Positions 8,672-18,204 of a stretch of DNA of 64,000 nucleotides are shown piece after piece. A program made the position numbers and the translations under genes. The stretch spans positions 2,453 through 66,452 of IMG/VR virus record IMGVR_UViG_3300047560_001581; one strand, written 5' to 3'. The notes below the pieces were generated by a model, which saw only the letters and a program-made list of their open reading frames with translations, had not been told where the DNA came from and ran no database searches. The DNA is from a virus. The first letter of the stretch is position 1. The number at the start of each line of letters is the position of its first letter.

Positions 8672-9255
8672 CTACGCTTCTTATATGGTTTACTATAGAA
8701 TATATGATTCCCGATACGTTTTACAAATCCATAACTGATTCTAGGTTGTACACTTAGATTATGAAAGAATAAGACGCTCATCGGAATTACTTCTTTATAC
8801 ATGTCGTATAGTAACACATCTTGAGCAACTCGTAAACTGTTTTGGTATCTCGCTGAATGTCTATTTGGGTTTTTCTTACCCTCGCATACCCATGCGAACT
8901 GACATGCTTTTACCCAGAATGTCTCGTCATCATCGTTTGTTTGTTTTATTTGGGTTGATTGATAGACAACTTGACACGGGGTATTACCAAATCCATGACT
9001 GATTCTATTGAGAACTACACGGGCGACTGCTGCCTTACCCTCAGTTGATTCTCCGCCTGCTTCAAAATATATATTATCAGCTAGACATTGTAGTTGCTTA
9101 TGGTCTACTACCTTAGCAACTTGTTGCGGTTCTTCTACCTCTGCTTTTTGTTGCATTGGTTTTTCTACTTTTGTTACAGCGTAGCCTAAAATAGCTAGTG
9201 CTATAACCCATCCTAATATCACCCTAATTAAAAGGTGTGTGGAAACTTGTTGCAT
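8668..9255 (-). CDS. SleB-like cell wall hydrolase (Hydrolase_2) with N-terminal TM anchor
   Basis: CLADNIYFEAGGES (catalytic Glu), AVARVVLNR, CQFAW and IGNHIFY; N-terminal hydrophobic helix; RBS GAAAGGA. Confidence 0.88.
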   Translation of the reverse strand: MQQVSTHLLIRVILGWVIALAILGYAVTKVEKPMQQKAEVEEPQQVAKVVDHKQLQCLADNIYFEAGGESTEGKAAVARVVLNRISHGFGNTPCQVVYQSTQIKQTNDDDETFWVKACQFAWVCEGKKNPNRHSARYQNSLRVAQDVLLYDMYKEVIPMSVLFFHNLSVQPRISYGFVKRIGNHIFYSKPYKKRR

Positions 9256-9277
9256 AATATATCCTTTCCATGATAGA

Positions 9278-9300
9278 TATACTACTTGAACAGTAGTATA
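9278..9300. other. Intergenic perfect hairpin (9-bp stem, 5-nt loop)
   Basis: TATACTACT-TGAAC-AGTAGTATA, between the stop of 9302..11350 and the hydrolase RBS; no U-tract. Confidence 0.45.
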
Positions 9301-9301
9301 G

Positions 9302-11350
9302 TTATGCTAATAGGTCCCAGCAATCACAGTTACAGATAATAACTTGTTCGACTGCTTGGTCCGGTGTAATGACAGACGATTGTACGATATCTGCGAAATC
9401 AACAATGTCTAAGTTCGGCGGTACTAATGTACTTTCTGGACTTGTACCTAAGCTACCGTTACCTGTAGGTCCACCTGTAAATATAGGTGTATTAACTAAA
9501 GGTCCTTTGTTAACTAAAGGTGCATCAATTACTTTGTTAGTAACTGGATCAATACTTGGTTTGGTTGGTACTGCTCCGTTTACTTTTGGTAATGAAAGTT
9601 TTTCTATTCCAACTTCATTATCCTGCTCTGCACCCACTAGGCCTAGTTTAAGTGCGTTTCTAGTTTCTCTCATTCCTCCTATGATGTTGTTGCCACCGTT
9701 GTCTGGATCGCTGATTGCTTCCAATACCTGAACATGGCCAAATTGCTCAGTGTCAGTGGCATACTGATTTAAACTCTGTATGAAACTATAAATGTCTGAT
9801 ACCGTCGTAGTTAAGTATTGCAGGTTAGGCAATGCTGCTTCGCGGGCATCTTGTTCTTTTTGTAAATGTCTTCCGAAATCCTCATACGTTTCATTTAACT
9901 TAGCGACACCGCTAGGATTACTGTTACGTATGTTTGTTAATTCTGTTGTGATGGCACTTAGTGCCGCTGATTCTTCTTCCGTACCCAAAGCATCATTTAA
10001 ACTAGTGTATGCGGCAGCTAATGCCGGGGTTTGAACTTGCTTAATTTGTGATTGTAATTTTGCCCATTCGAATGATACACCAGACATTGCACCGAAGAAA
10101 TCGCACACTGTATACTTGCCACTAGTGCCTGTACCTTTAGCAATCATAGCTAAACTTGACTTTGCAAGTTCTTGGTCGGTAGGCATAGTAGAACCATTAA
10201 CACTTAAGTCATTTACAGGTTCTAAGTTGCGAACAACCTGACTAAACTTTTCAATGTTCATAGTCTGGATGTGCTTAATCTGCAACATACTAACACTGAA
10301 TGCGTCACATACACTTGCTAGTGCCATTGGATATAATGATTCAAGGCGTGCGCCGAACTTAGTCAACACTTGCGTAGATGGTTCATCATCGTTGTACAAT
10401 AGATAATATGTCTTGCTGTTAGTTGGCAAGGGCATCGTGTTGTATTGCGGGACTGATAGTGTTTTGTAACTTGTAGGGAACAGTTTCTTTGGGTTCAGTA
10501 AGTCTGCTAGTGTGTCTAACTTCTCAGTCTGACAGTTGATCGGAATCAACGCATCTCTCAAGTCGTCACCCATCACTAAACTAAAGGCAGCATACAAACG
10601 CTTTTGTTCTTCTGGTGTAGCATCTCTGCCGTTAACAATATCATCTATATCTGATGATAAAAATCCAGCAGTCAATAACGCTAAGTTAACTGCTTTAGTT
10701 AACGCTCTATTCTTCTTTAATGTTCTTAGTAGATTCTGTGGATTGCCGAAGCTATCAATCGTTGACAAATCAATTGCTCTACCTGACTTGATTAAGTCTT
10801 GTCCCCAATAGAACGTGCTTAAACTCACACCAGTGATATCTGCTGTAACTAAGTCATCCATGTTGCTGTAAACACCATCTAAGTAACTTAGGCTAGCATT
10901 AAACCCATCAATAACTTTGTTTGATTGTGACTTGAACCCGTCAGCTATTGCATATGTACTAAGGAAATCACTATAAGATCCGTTGTTCAAATGAAACTCT
11001 TGGTATGCTTGTAACGCAATAGTGCGTAGCCAACCATAGCTTGCTGCTTCACCTGAGTATGTGCGTGTGTATGATAGTGGTGCTGCGCCTGTTAGTGCAG
11101 GACAAATGTCTCTACCGGTAGTTACTAACGCACTGAATACTGATGGTGCTGATGAATATGCGTTTCTCAGTACAGTAGTCACTTCATTTAAACATGTTGA
11201 CGTTACAATAGAGCCGGGTGTGTAATTGCCTACTGCTGTACTTGAACCCATGAAAGACTGAGCTCCTGCATTAATGCGAAGCCCTCTGCTTTGTAAGAAT
11301 GAACCTATAACGTTTAGGTTTAGCGGAGTCAGATTACCTGTTAAACTCAT
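9302..11350 (-). CDS. Large hypothetical protein, probably virion/baseplate-associated
   Basis: 682-aa ORF overlapping the PAAR stop by 4 bp; ends with a CNCDCW Cys cluster. The function is inferred from context only. Confidence 0.5.
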   Translation of the reverse strand: MSLTGNLTPLNLNVIGSFLQSRGLRINAGAQSFMGSSTAVGNYTPGSIVTSTCLNEVTTVLRNAYSSAPSVFSALVTTGRDICPALTGAAPLSYTRTYSGEAASYGWLRTIALQAYQEFHLNNGSYSDFLSTYAIADGFKSQSNKVIDGFNASLSYLDGVYSNMDDLVTADITGVSLSTFYWGQDLIKSGRAIDLSTIDSFGNPQNLLRTLKKNRALTKAVNLALLTAGFLSSDIDDIVNGRDATPEEQKRLYAAFSLVMGDDLRDALIPINCQTEKLDTLADLLNPKKLFPTSYKTLSVPQYNTMPLPTNSKTYYLLYNDDEPSTQVLTKFGARLESLYPMALASVCDAFSVSMLQIKHIQTMNIEKFSQVVRNLEPVNDLSVNGSTMPTDQELAKSSLAMIAKGTGTSGKYTVCDFFGAMSGVSFEWAKLQSQIKQVQTPALAAAYTSLNDALGTEEESAALSAITTELTNIRNSNPSGVAKLNETYEDFGRHLQKEQDAREAALPNLQYLTTTVSDIYSFIQSLNQYATDTEQFGHVQVLEAISDPDNGGNNIIGGMRETRNALKLGLVGAEQDNEVGIEKLSLPKVNGAVPTKPSIDPVTNKVIDAPLVNKGPLVNTPIFTGGPTGNGSLGTSPESTLVPPNLDIVDFADIVQSSVITPDQAVEQVIICNCDCWDLLA

Positions 11351-11628
11351 GGTACAAAGATATCCCCGCTGCCATCGACAATACTATGTCCGCAACTGTT
11401 GCCGGAGCCAATACGTAATACAGGAGCACCTTCTGCAAATACAGTAGGTGAACCATCTGTTGTAGTAGCTTGGTCATGAGGGGGATGTGGGCGACCCCAG
11501 GGTGCATGCGGTGTTATCTTGCTAACATGTAAACCTACTGGCTTACCGTTGGCAAACACAGTACCGGCACCTCTAATGATTTTGCCGCCTGTTTGATTAC
11601 CGTCACCCTGTCTGCTTATCCCCGCCAT
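11347..11628 (-). CDS. PAAR spike-tip protein (T4 gp5.4-like)
   Basis: ISRQGD, TVFANGKPV, GSPTVFAEGAPVLRIG and CGH: the three PAAR repeats with His/Cys metal ligands. Confidence 0.88.
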   Translation of the reverse strand: MAGISRQGDGNQTGGKIIRGAGTVFANGKPVGLHVSKITPHAPWGRPHPPHDQATTTDGSPTVFAEGAPVLRIGSGNSCGHSIVDGSGDIFVP

Positions 11629-11629
11629 G

Positions 11630-11932
11630 TTATCCTAAAATTAACTTCTTATCTGGTACTTGAATGCCTGTAGTTGCTTCTAAGTACTTCATTTTAACTG
11701 AATCCTCAGACTCCGCATGCATTGCGATACTATTAATATTTATCATCACAGGTTTGTCAGGATCGCTAGTAAAAAGACTAGGGATTAGACCTACGCCCTG
11801 CGCTGAAGGCGCCACGGACAAAGGACTCTCTACTTCAATCATATCTGCTTGACATAGATTGACGATTTTTCCGATCATTTCCTCACCTGAGTTGAACTTA
11901 AATGTGTATACTTTACCTGTTTCAAATGACAT
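11630..11932 (-). CDS. Small Sm/SH3-like beta-barrel hypothetical protein of T4-like phages
   Basis: FKFNSGEEMIG and KYLEATTGIQVP patterns. Start moved to ATG 11932, just after the glutaredoxin stop. Confidence 0.55.
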   Translation of the reverse strand: MSFETGKVYTFKFNSGEEMIGKIVNLCQADMIEVESPLSVAPSAQGVGLIPSLFTSDPDKPVMININSIAMHAESEDSVKMKYLEATTGIQVPDKKLILG

Positions 11933-11933
11933 G

Positions 11934-12179
11934 TTATTCCTTTGTTGCTTCTTTGAATTCTTCTTCACTCATGCCAGCTAGGCCCTGATAGCCACCTGGG
12001 ATGTGATGCGTGCCGTTGTAGATTTGTGGAACTGAACGGAATCCAGCATCTACTAACATTTGACGGGCGTCACTATCTACGGAGATATCTATAGATTCGT
12101 AAGCAACGCCTTTGCTTTCTAATAGTTGTTTTGCCATGTCGCAAAACTGACAGTTTGGTTTTGAATATACTTTAATCAT
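11934..12179 (-). CDS. Glutaredoxin (NrdC/NrdH-like RNR reductant)
   Basis: YSKPNCQFC, RSVPQI and GGY; lies downstream of nrdAB. Confidence 0.92.
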   Translation of the reverse strand: MIKVYSKPNCQFCDMAKQLLESKGVAYESIDISVDSDARQMLVDAGFRSVPQIYNGTHHIPGGYQGLAGMSEEEFKEATKE

Positions 12180-12614
12180 TTATTTTCCTTGTGGTATATG
12201 GTATGTTTGCTGAAAGATATCTTTCTTTACAGCACCGTAATCATTAGGGCCGTGACGTACAATGTAATCATTGCCCTTTGTGTATTGTAAGTCGCCCCAT
12301 GAAGTATGAAGTAGACCATCGTGGTCAGCCATCTTAGCAACTTTAAAGATTTTCTTTGGTGTTGCTTCGCCGTCACCAGATACATCATAAAATGAAGAAA
12401 ATTTCTCCGGGGTGACTGGGTACTGTTCCCCTTTTGGACCTGTGATGATGATGTGACCGGTGTCATAACGTACGGGCCCTTCTAATGTGTTTACCGTACC
12501 AGGTTCATTGGCTACTTCATACTTAATGGGGCTAGGATGTTTGTATGTTACAAAGCCCCCATCGAACCAGTCATCATTAACTGATTCACTTACAATATTA
12601 ATTAATTCTATCAT
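12180..12614 (-). CDS. PGDYG-family protein
   Basis: Two internal repeats: TLEG..YDTGHIIITGPKGEQYPV and TSWGDLQYTKGNDYIVRHGPNDYGAV. Confidence 0.65.
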   Translation of the reverse strand: MIELINIVSESVNDDWFDGGFVTYKHPSPIKYEVANEPGTVNTLEGPVRYDTGHIIITGPKGEQYPVTPEKFSSFYDVSGDGEATPKKIFKVAKMADHDGLLHTSWGDLQYTKGNDYIVRHGPNDYGAVKKDIFQQTYHIPQGK

Positions 12615-13711
12615 AGTGTCGGTAGTTCTTCAAAGTCAACTTCATCTGACATTACACCGATAACATAGTTAGTTGATTCTGTTTCTTGTAATGCTGATTG
12701 TTTCTTATTGATATTCACATGCTTGTTAAACCATGGAATAGGTGAATGCTTAGGATGATTCTCTAAGTACTTGATACCGATTTCTTTTAATCTAGTAAAC
12801 GCAGTGAAGTCTACAAAGTCAGATAGAATGTCTGCATTTAATCCGATAACAACACCTTTACTGAATAGATATGTTGCCCATGCTTTTTCTTCACGGATAA
12901 CTTCTAAGTACATGTCGTATACTTCTTTTTGAGTTTCTGCTTGAATTCTAATGAAGTCTGGGTCTTCTTTGATAACTGTGTTAATCAACCATGCTGTCCA
13001 TTCTGTATGCAACAATTCGTCTTGCAGGATCAAGGAGATAATGTTTCCGTTACCAATGTAAATCTTGTTCTCTACCATAGCAAGTGATGTTGCAAATGAC
13101 ACCATGAATCTTAGCGCCTCAAGAGCGTAGCTGGCGTGAAGGGCAAGCCAAATCGCTTTCTTATGCGTGTATACATCAACGACCTGTCCGACTTCTTTTT
13201 GACAGTTAAGTTGATGAAGGTTCTCATAATAACGGCCAACGTTAGCTGCCATATTGACGATTTCACTGGTGTCGTGAATCTTATTGAATTCATCTTTAGG
13301 TACGCCGTAGACATTCCTAATAATATGGCTATAGCTTTTGGAATGAATGCTAGTTTCAAAGAAACCCCAAGTAAGCGTAAGAGCTTCAAGTTCCGGAATC
13401 GAACAAACGGGGCCAAAGACTTGACTTGGTGCACGACCTTGTATGCTGTCCAGAGCAGTCTGGCGAAGAAGATTACTAGTAAAGATATGCTTAATAGCAT
13501 CACTTGATTCCTTATGGTCAATCTTATCTTTTGTCAAAGATATTTCTTCTGGAACCCAGAAGAAGCCACGTGCCGTTTCTTCATACTTCTGTAGCTTAGG
13601 ATACTTAACTTCTTCAAAACGCTGTATTGTTACAGGACCGTCAGGGTCCAAGAACATCTTACGTTGTAGATAGTTAGTAGGTTTACTTAAATTATATTGT
13701 TCTTTGCTCAT
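12611..13711 (-). CDS. nrdB: Ribonucleotide reductase class Ia beta subunit
   Basis: FFWVPEE; di-iron ligands LDSIQ, FETSIH, LEALRF and DELLH; radical Tyr in HSKSY; C-terminal QETESTNY. Confidence 0.97.
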   Translation of the reverse strand: MSKEQYNLSKPTNYLQRKMFLDPDGPVTIQRFEEVKYPKLQKYEETARGFFWVPEEISLTKDKIDHKESSDAIKHIFTSNLLRQTALDSIQGRAPSQVFGPVCSIPELEALTLTWGFFETSIHSKSYSHIIRNVYGVPKDEFNKIHDTSEIVNMAANVGRYYENLHQLNCQKEVGQVVDVYTHKKAIWLALHASYALEALRFMVSFATSLAMVENKIYIGNGNIISLILQDELLHTEWTAWLINTVIKEDPDFIRIQAETQKEVYDMYLEVIREEKAWATYLFSKGVVIGLNADILSDFVDFTAFTRLKEIGIKYLENHPKHSPIPWFNKHVNINKKQSALQETESTNYVIGVMSDEVDFEELPTL

Positions 13712-16044
13712 AGCTTACATGCCTCGCAGTCATCATCGAATTCAATTTGCTCAGTTCTATTGTTAACGAACGGAATAACATTATCTTCTTGTAGTACTGC
13801 TTTTGATCCTACTTTATTAATTAATGAATAGTACATTGTTTTAATGCCCCACTTGTATGCAAGCATTAGATTCTTAGCCACCAATGTGCCTGGAACTTTA
13901 CCCTTCTCAAAGAATGCAGGGTTATAGAATGTGTTTGTACTTAATGACTGATCCACATATGCTGCAATAACTGCGGCTGTCTTTAGATAGTCAACACAAT
14001 CACGTTGATCCCACATCAACTGATAGCGATTCTTTAGGCGTTTGTACTCTGGTACTACCTGTACAAACGATCCAGCTTTCGATTCCTTAACAGAAATCAA
14101 TTCCATCGGCATCTCAATACCGTTGGTGGAGTTTAACACAACGCTGCTGGACTCTACTGGCGCTACAGCCATTAGTGTAGCATTACGAATACCGTATTGC
14201 AATAGTTTCTGGCGCAAGCCTTCCCAGTCTAGATTTGTACTTGGGGTAAAGTCTGTTAATTCGTTTACACCCGCTGCCCTACGTTCCCAAGGGAATACAC
14301 CCTGACCATAGAATGTTTGTGCTGATTTACCACATGCACCCTTTTCTTGTGCTAGTTCAACTGATGCTTCAATCAAGTAATATGCTTGATGTTCCATCCA
14401 GCGCTTAACTTCTGCTAATGCTTCTGGTGAACCATACTTGAATCCACGCTTCGCATGCCAGTAAGCTAAATTGGTAATGCCTATACCTAGAGGTTCAAAG
14501 TCTAAGTTAGCCAACTTGCTCTGCACTGAGAGGAAGTCTTGATAGCTAAGGAGATTACTTAAACTTCTTACTAGTACTCTACAACTCTTACGCATTTCTT
14601 GTGGAGTTTTAAATGCTCCCCAGTTCTCACTGCCTAAAGTACAAAGGGCAATGCGTCCTGCCTCGTCTTCAATGCGTTGAAATGGTTTAGTAGGTAATAG
14701 AATCTCTTGGCATAGATTACTCTGATAAATCGGGTCAACTTTCGTATCGAAAGGACCTTGATTAATTACGTTGTCAATAAAGACTAGATAGATACGACCT
14801 GTATCTGTTCTTTCTTTAAGGATACCATTCTTGAACATCTCTACTGCTGGCAACACTTTCTTTTTGATGCCACGCTTATGTTCATAGTGGTTGTATAATG
14901 TTTCGAATTCTTCCGTGTCTCTATAGAATGCTTCATATAGATCAGGTACTTCATGTGGATCAAACAATGTAATGTTTTCTTGATTCTTATAACGATTAAA
15001 GAACATCTTGTTAACTACGATTGAGTAATCCATTTGACGAACACGAGTTTCTTCTGTGCCCTGATTGTTCTTTAATACGATAAAGTCTTCAAACTGGTAG
15101 TGCCAGATAGGCAATGTAACTGTACACGATGCATTACGAATGCCACCTTGTGAGCATGAACGCAAGTCACCATACCACTTCTTCAAGAATGGAATGAGGC
15201 CAGTATGTTTGATCTCACCGTTACGAATAGGTGCACCGACTGGACGAATACGACCAATCTCTAAGCCAATGCCAGCACGTTTACTTGCGTACTTAGCCAT
15301 CATCTCACCGGCAGCAAAGATACTGTCTAAAGTATCGTCGGCGCTAATGAGTACACAACTAGAAAACTGCTTAGTAGGAGTGCCAAGACCGGCAAGCACA
15401 GGAGTAGCAAGAGTAAAATGACCATCCGAAGCACATTCATAATATTCTTTAACATACTTTAGCCTCTTTTCTTTTGGTTCATTATGAAACGCTGTAGCTG
15501 CCGCAATTGCGTAACGAACTTGAGGTGTTTCAAAGATTTGACCAGTAGCACGGTTCTGCACTAAGTACTTTTCTGCCAATTGGGCGATAGCCGCATAGGT
15601 ATAATTTTCGTCCTTGCTATGGTCAATGAATAAGTCAATGATATTCCATTCATCTTCTGAATACCATTCTAACAATTCTGGGCTGTATGATTTGTTCGCT
15701 ACGTTTCTTTTAACGATTTCATACAATGAAGGTGGTGTATAGTCACCATACACTTCTTTGCGTAGCATAGACACTTTCTGTCTGCCCGCTACATATTGGT
15801 AGTTTACGTTGTTGATATCTGAGTTTTCAGATTCGTCTATCAAGTTTACCATTGCTTTTAGAAGCAATTCGTCTATAGTTTTCGTACTCATCCCGTCATG
15901 CAATTCAATCTGGGCTTTAATCTCAATCATACTAGGGCTAACATTATCAATGCCCCTGCAGCCATATGCTACTTGTCTTTGTATTTTTGAGATATCTAGA
16001 GGGACAGTCGTCCCATCACGCTTAACTACGTTGATGTTGTTCAT
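13708..16044 (-). CDS. nrdA: Ribonucleotide reductase class Ia alpha subunit
   Basis: N-terminal ATP cone (VVKRDG), FSSC, SNLCQEI (catalytic N-C-E), KTMYY and C-terminal CEAC. Confidence 0.98.
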   Translation of the reverse strand: MNNINVVKRDGTTVPLDISKIQRQVAYGCRGIDNVSPSMIEIKAQIELHDGMSTKTIDELLLKAMVNLIDESENSDINNVNYQYVAGRQKVSMLRKEVYGDYTPPSLYEIVKRNVANKSYSPELLEWYSEDEWNIIDLFIDHSKDENYTYAAIAQLAEKYLVQNRATGQIFETPQVRYAIAAATAFHNEPKEKRLKYVKEYYECASDGHFTLATPVLAGLGTPTKQFSSCVLISADDTLDSIFAAGEMMAKYASKRAGIGLEIGRIRPVGAPIRNGEIKHTGLIPFLKKWYGDLRSCSQGGIRNASCTVTLPIWHYQFEDFIVLKNNQGTEETRVRQMDYSIVVNKMFFNRYKNQENITLFDPHEVPDLYEAFYRDTEEFETLYNHYEHKRGIKKKVLPAVEMFKNGILKERTDTGRIYLVFIDNVINQGPFDTKVDPIYQSNLCQEILLPTKPFQRIEDEAGRIALCTLGSENWGAFKTPQEMRKSCRVLVRSLSNLLSYQDFLSVQSKLANLDFEPLGIGITNLAYWHAKRGFKYGSPEALAEVKRWMEHQAYYLIEASVELAQEKGACGKSAQTFYGQGVFPWERRAAGVNELTDFTPSTNLDWEGLRQKLLQYGIRNATLMAVAPVESSSVVLNSTNGIEMPMELISVKESKAGSFVQVVPEYKRLKNRYQLMWDQRDCVDYLKTAAVIAAYVDQSLSTNTFYNPAFFEKGKVPGTLVAKNLMLAYKWGIKTMYYSLINKVGSKAVLQEDNVIPFVNNRTEQIEFDDDCEACKL

Positions 16045-16052
16045 TTTTCACC

Positions 16053-16487
16053 TTATATTTTAGTTTTTATGTTTGAGATATCTATTTGACGCTTGATGGT
16101 AAAATCGTTTAGATTACTACTTAGTACCGAATCGGGCCAGTAATTAAGTACATATTTTGCGTTATCGACCAGGACTAGTATCAAGTCCTCGCCCATTCTA
16201 TCTGTTGCTTCAACCAATTCTATGTCATCTACACCTACTAATAACAAAGTATAACACATTCCTAACGCTCTTGCAACAGTGCAATAGGTGTTTTCTACCA
16301 AAAGATCCCAGGGACCGGGCCAGTTCAGTGAGTCATGTGGGTGCAGATAGTGATTGACTAGAGGGGCTTTTTGCCACCAATTGTCAATCTCTACTACTTT
16401 GTTTTGGATTAATGTGCCTTCAATATCGGCTCGTAAGTCGTACCAGCTTCTAAGTCTGGCATCATAGTTTAGTTGAAATACGTTCAT
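16053..16487 (-). CDS. Hypothetical protein with transglutaminase-like (BTLCP/LapG-like) signature
   Basis: NWPGPWDLL..TYCTVARALGMCYTL..GV resembles the W-x-x-P..C..A.....L.LG helix of BTLCP proteins; no catalytic His is evident. Confidence 0.4.
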   Translation of the reverse strand: MNVFQLNYDARLRSWYDLRADIEGTLIQNKVVEIDNWWQKAPLVNHYLHPHDSLNWPGPWDLLVENTYCTVARALGMCYTLLLVGVDDIELVEATDRMGEDLILVLVDNAKYVLNYWPDSVLSSNLNDFTIKRQIDISNIKTKI

Positions 16488-16514
16488 CAGACAACTACTT
16501 ATCTGATTTCAGAA

Positions 16515-16898
16515 TCACGTATTTGTTTTGCCGAACTTTTCTTCTGCGAATTTGACTAACGAATGGTGATGCCCTTTGCGACAATCAAACTGTCTACATG
16601 CTATAGGTCTAATATCGTATATTGTACATATACCATCTTTAAACATACCGCATCCGAGTGTCACTGGATTCTTATAAAGAGTTATGATAGGTCCGCATTT
16701 AGGTTCAGATATCTTATCATCCGGAGTAGGACTTGTAATACTAAGAGGGTACTTACCTGATGATATCTCATCTGAAGTCAGGTAAGGTGCAAGTGTTTCA
16801 CAACATTTTGTACACCCATCACACGGTACATCTGCGATTTCTGCGTCATTCTGAATGGCAGTTAAATTAATGTTGACTATGTTGTAGATTCTTTTCAT
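16515..16898 (-). CDS. YkgJ/FliB-like CxxCxxCC Fe-S/Zn cluster protein
   Basis: CDGCTKCC, GCGMF and CTIYDIRPIACRQFDC. Confidence 0.85.
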   Translation of the reverse strand: MKRIYNIVNINLTAIQNDAEIADVPCDGCTKCCETLAPYLTSDEISSGKYPLSITSPTPDDKISEPKCGPIITLYKNPVTLGCGMFKDGICTIYDIRPIACRQFDCRKGHHHSLVKFAEEKFGKTNT

Positions 16899-18204
16899 GC
16901 AACAACTCTTTTAGTTCTGCCATTGTGCTATTCCAGTTATTGTACTCTGATTGTCTAAGAATAGTTACCACATCACCGTACCACGCTGATTTGTTACTCT
17001 TGTTATAAGCCCATGTATAGTAGTTGAGAATAGGAGTACACACAATAGTCTCCTTACCCATAGCAGCGGCTGCATGTGGTAACGATGTGCAACTTGAAAC
17101 AACCAAATCCATTTGGTCTAGATAATCAAGTGTGTCATCCCATGATTTGATCTTATCACGTAAGGGAGTTACTCTAGGGTGATTGATATCTTCGTCTATA
17201 TGGAAGCTATAGATAGTCCAGTCTTCTGGGATAGCATCTAACATCTGATCCAATGGCAATGTACGATTCAAATCTTGGTCATACTTAGGGTTACCTGAAT
17301 GTTTGATACCTACTTTAAACTTACCGGGCAATAAATCTTTATCACGCTTAGGTGTAAGGTAAGGTCCATACCACAACTCAGTATAGTCGATATCTAACCA
17401 CGTCGGAGTCTCCATAGAGTACGTCCACAACCAGTCAGGATCTATTTCATCCAGAGTTTCAATTACATCATATCCATTACGTCTATAAATTTCAGCTAAG
17501 TCTTTTCTATCAGTGTACCACAGCGGCTTCATACCCAAGTCTCTGATATGCTTTTGAAACCTAATGTTGATTAGTTCGTCCCCGATGCCGCCTTCAAAGC
17601 ACATGACAACCGTTTGTCCTGGGACAACTTCGCCGCGCCATCTTTTGTTTTTAAGTGCATATGTTTGCCAGATATTGAGTAATTTCCCGTCTAACAACAC
17701 ATGTCGCAATCCTTCTTTGAAATTGCCATTAGCAATGTCATATGTGCCTAAGTTGAATCTAACACGTGAATCAATATCTTTGCTTCTTGGTTGTGTGAGA
17801 ATACTTCTAAGAAGCTGCTCACCTTCAGTTTTACGATTCAATAAAAAAAGCGCCATTGCTTTGTCCATCATGTTAGGATGGTCGGATGGTTTTATTTTCT
17901 CGTTTTCTAAAACTAGCTCAAGTGCCTCTTCTGGTTTGTTTAGATTCAAATATGCACGAATCATATTCACACGTAATATGTAACGTTCTTCATCCGTTTT
18001 AACTTTAGCATATGTTTTCTTTGCTAACTCCAACGTTGTATTGAAGTCACGTACTTCAGCGTATAGTTTACCAATGGCGTCGATAGATGTTAGTTCTTCA
18101 CCCGTGTAGGGTTTAAGTAAATCTAAAATGATTTTAGCTTCGTCAAATTTTTTCATCTCAATGAAAAACTCTGCGGCTACTAGTGGGTTCTTATATTGCT
18201 GCAT
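16867..18204 (-). CDS. TPR-repeat glycosyltransferase (GT-B, GT9-like C-terminus)
   Basis: N-terminal helical TPR-like repeats, then EGGIGD and DLVVSSCTSLPHAAAAMGK (GT9-like donor-binding motif). Confidence 0.8.
   Translation of the reverse strand: MQQYKNPLVAAEFFIEMKKFDEAKIILDLLKPYTGEELTSIDAIGKLYAEVRDFNTTLELAKKTYAKVKTDEERYILRVNMIRAYLNLNKPEEALELVLENEKIKPSDHPNMMDKAMALFLLNRKTEGEQLLRSILTQPRSKDIDSRVRFNLGTYDIANGNFKEGLRHVLLDGKLLNIWQTYALKNKRWRGEVVPGQTVVMCFEGGIGDELINIRFQKHIRDLGMKPLWYTDRKDLAEIYRRNGYDVIETLDEIDPDWLWTYSMETPTWLDIDYTELWYGPYLTPKRDKDLLPGKFKVGIKHSGNPKYDQDLNRTLPLDQMLDAIPEDWTIYSFHIDEDINHPRVTPLRDKIKSWDDTLDYLDQMDLVVSSCTSLPHAAAAMGKETIVCTPILNYYTWAYNKSNKSAWYGDVVTILRQSEYNNWNSTMAELKELLHEKNLQHSQH

Noticed and set aside
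11347-11628. PAAR as evidence of a bacterial T6SS or eCIS locus
   Set aside because: No tss or afp genes are present; the surrounding genes and promoters are phage-like.
12611-16044. Intron, intein or homing endonuclease in nrdA/nrdB
   Set aside because: Both ORFs are continuous and of normal length (778 and 366 aa) with all motifs present.
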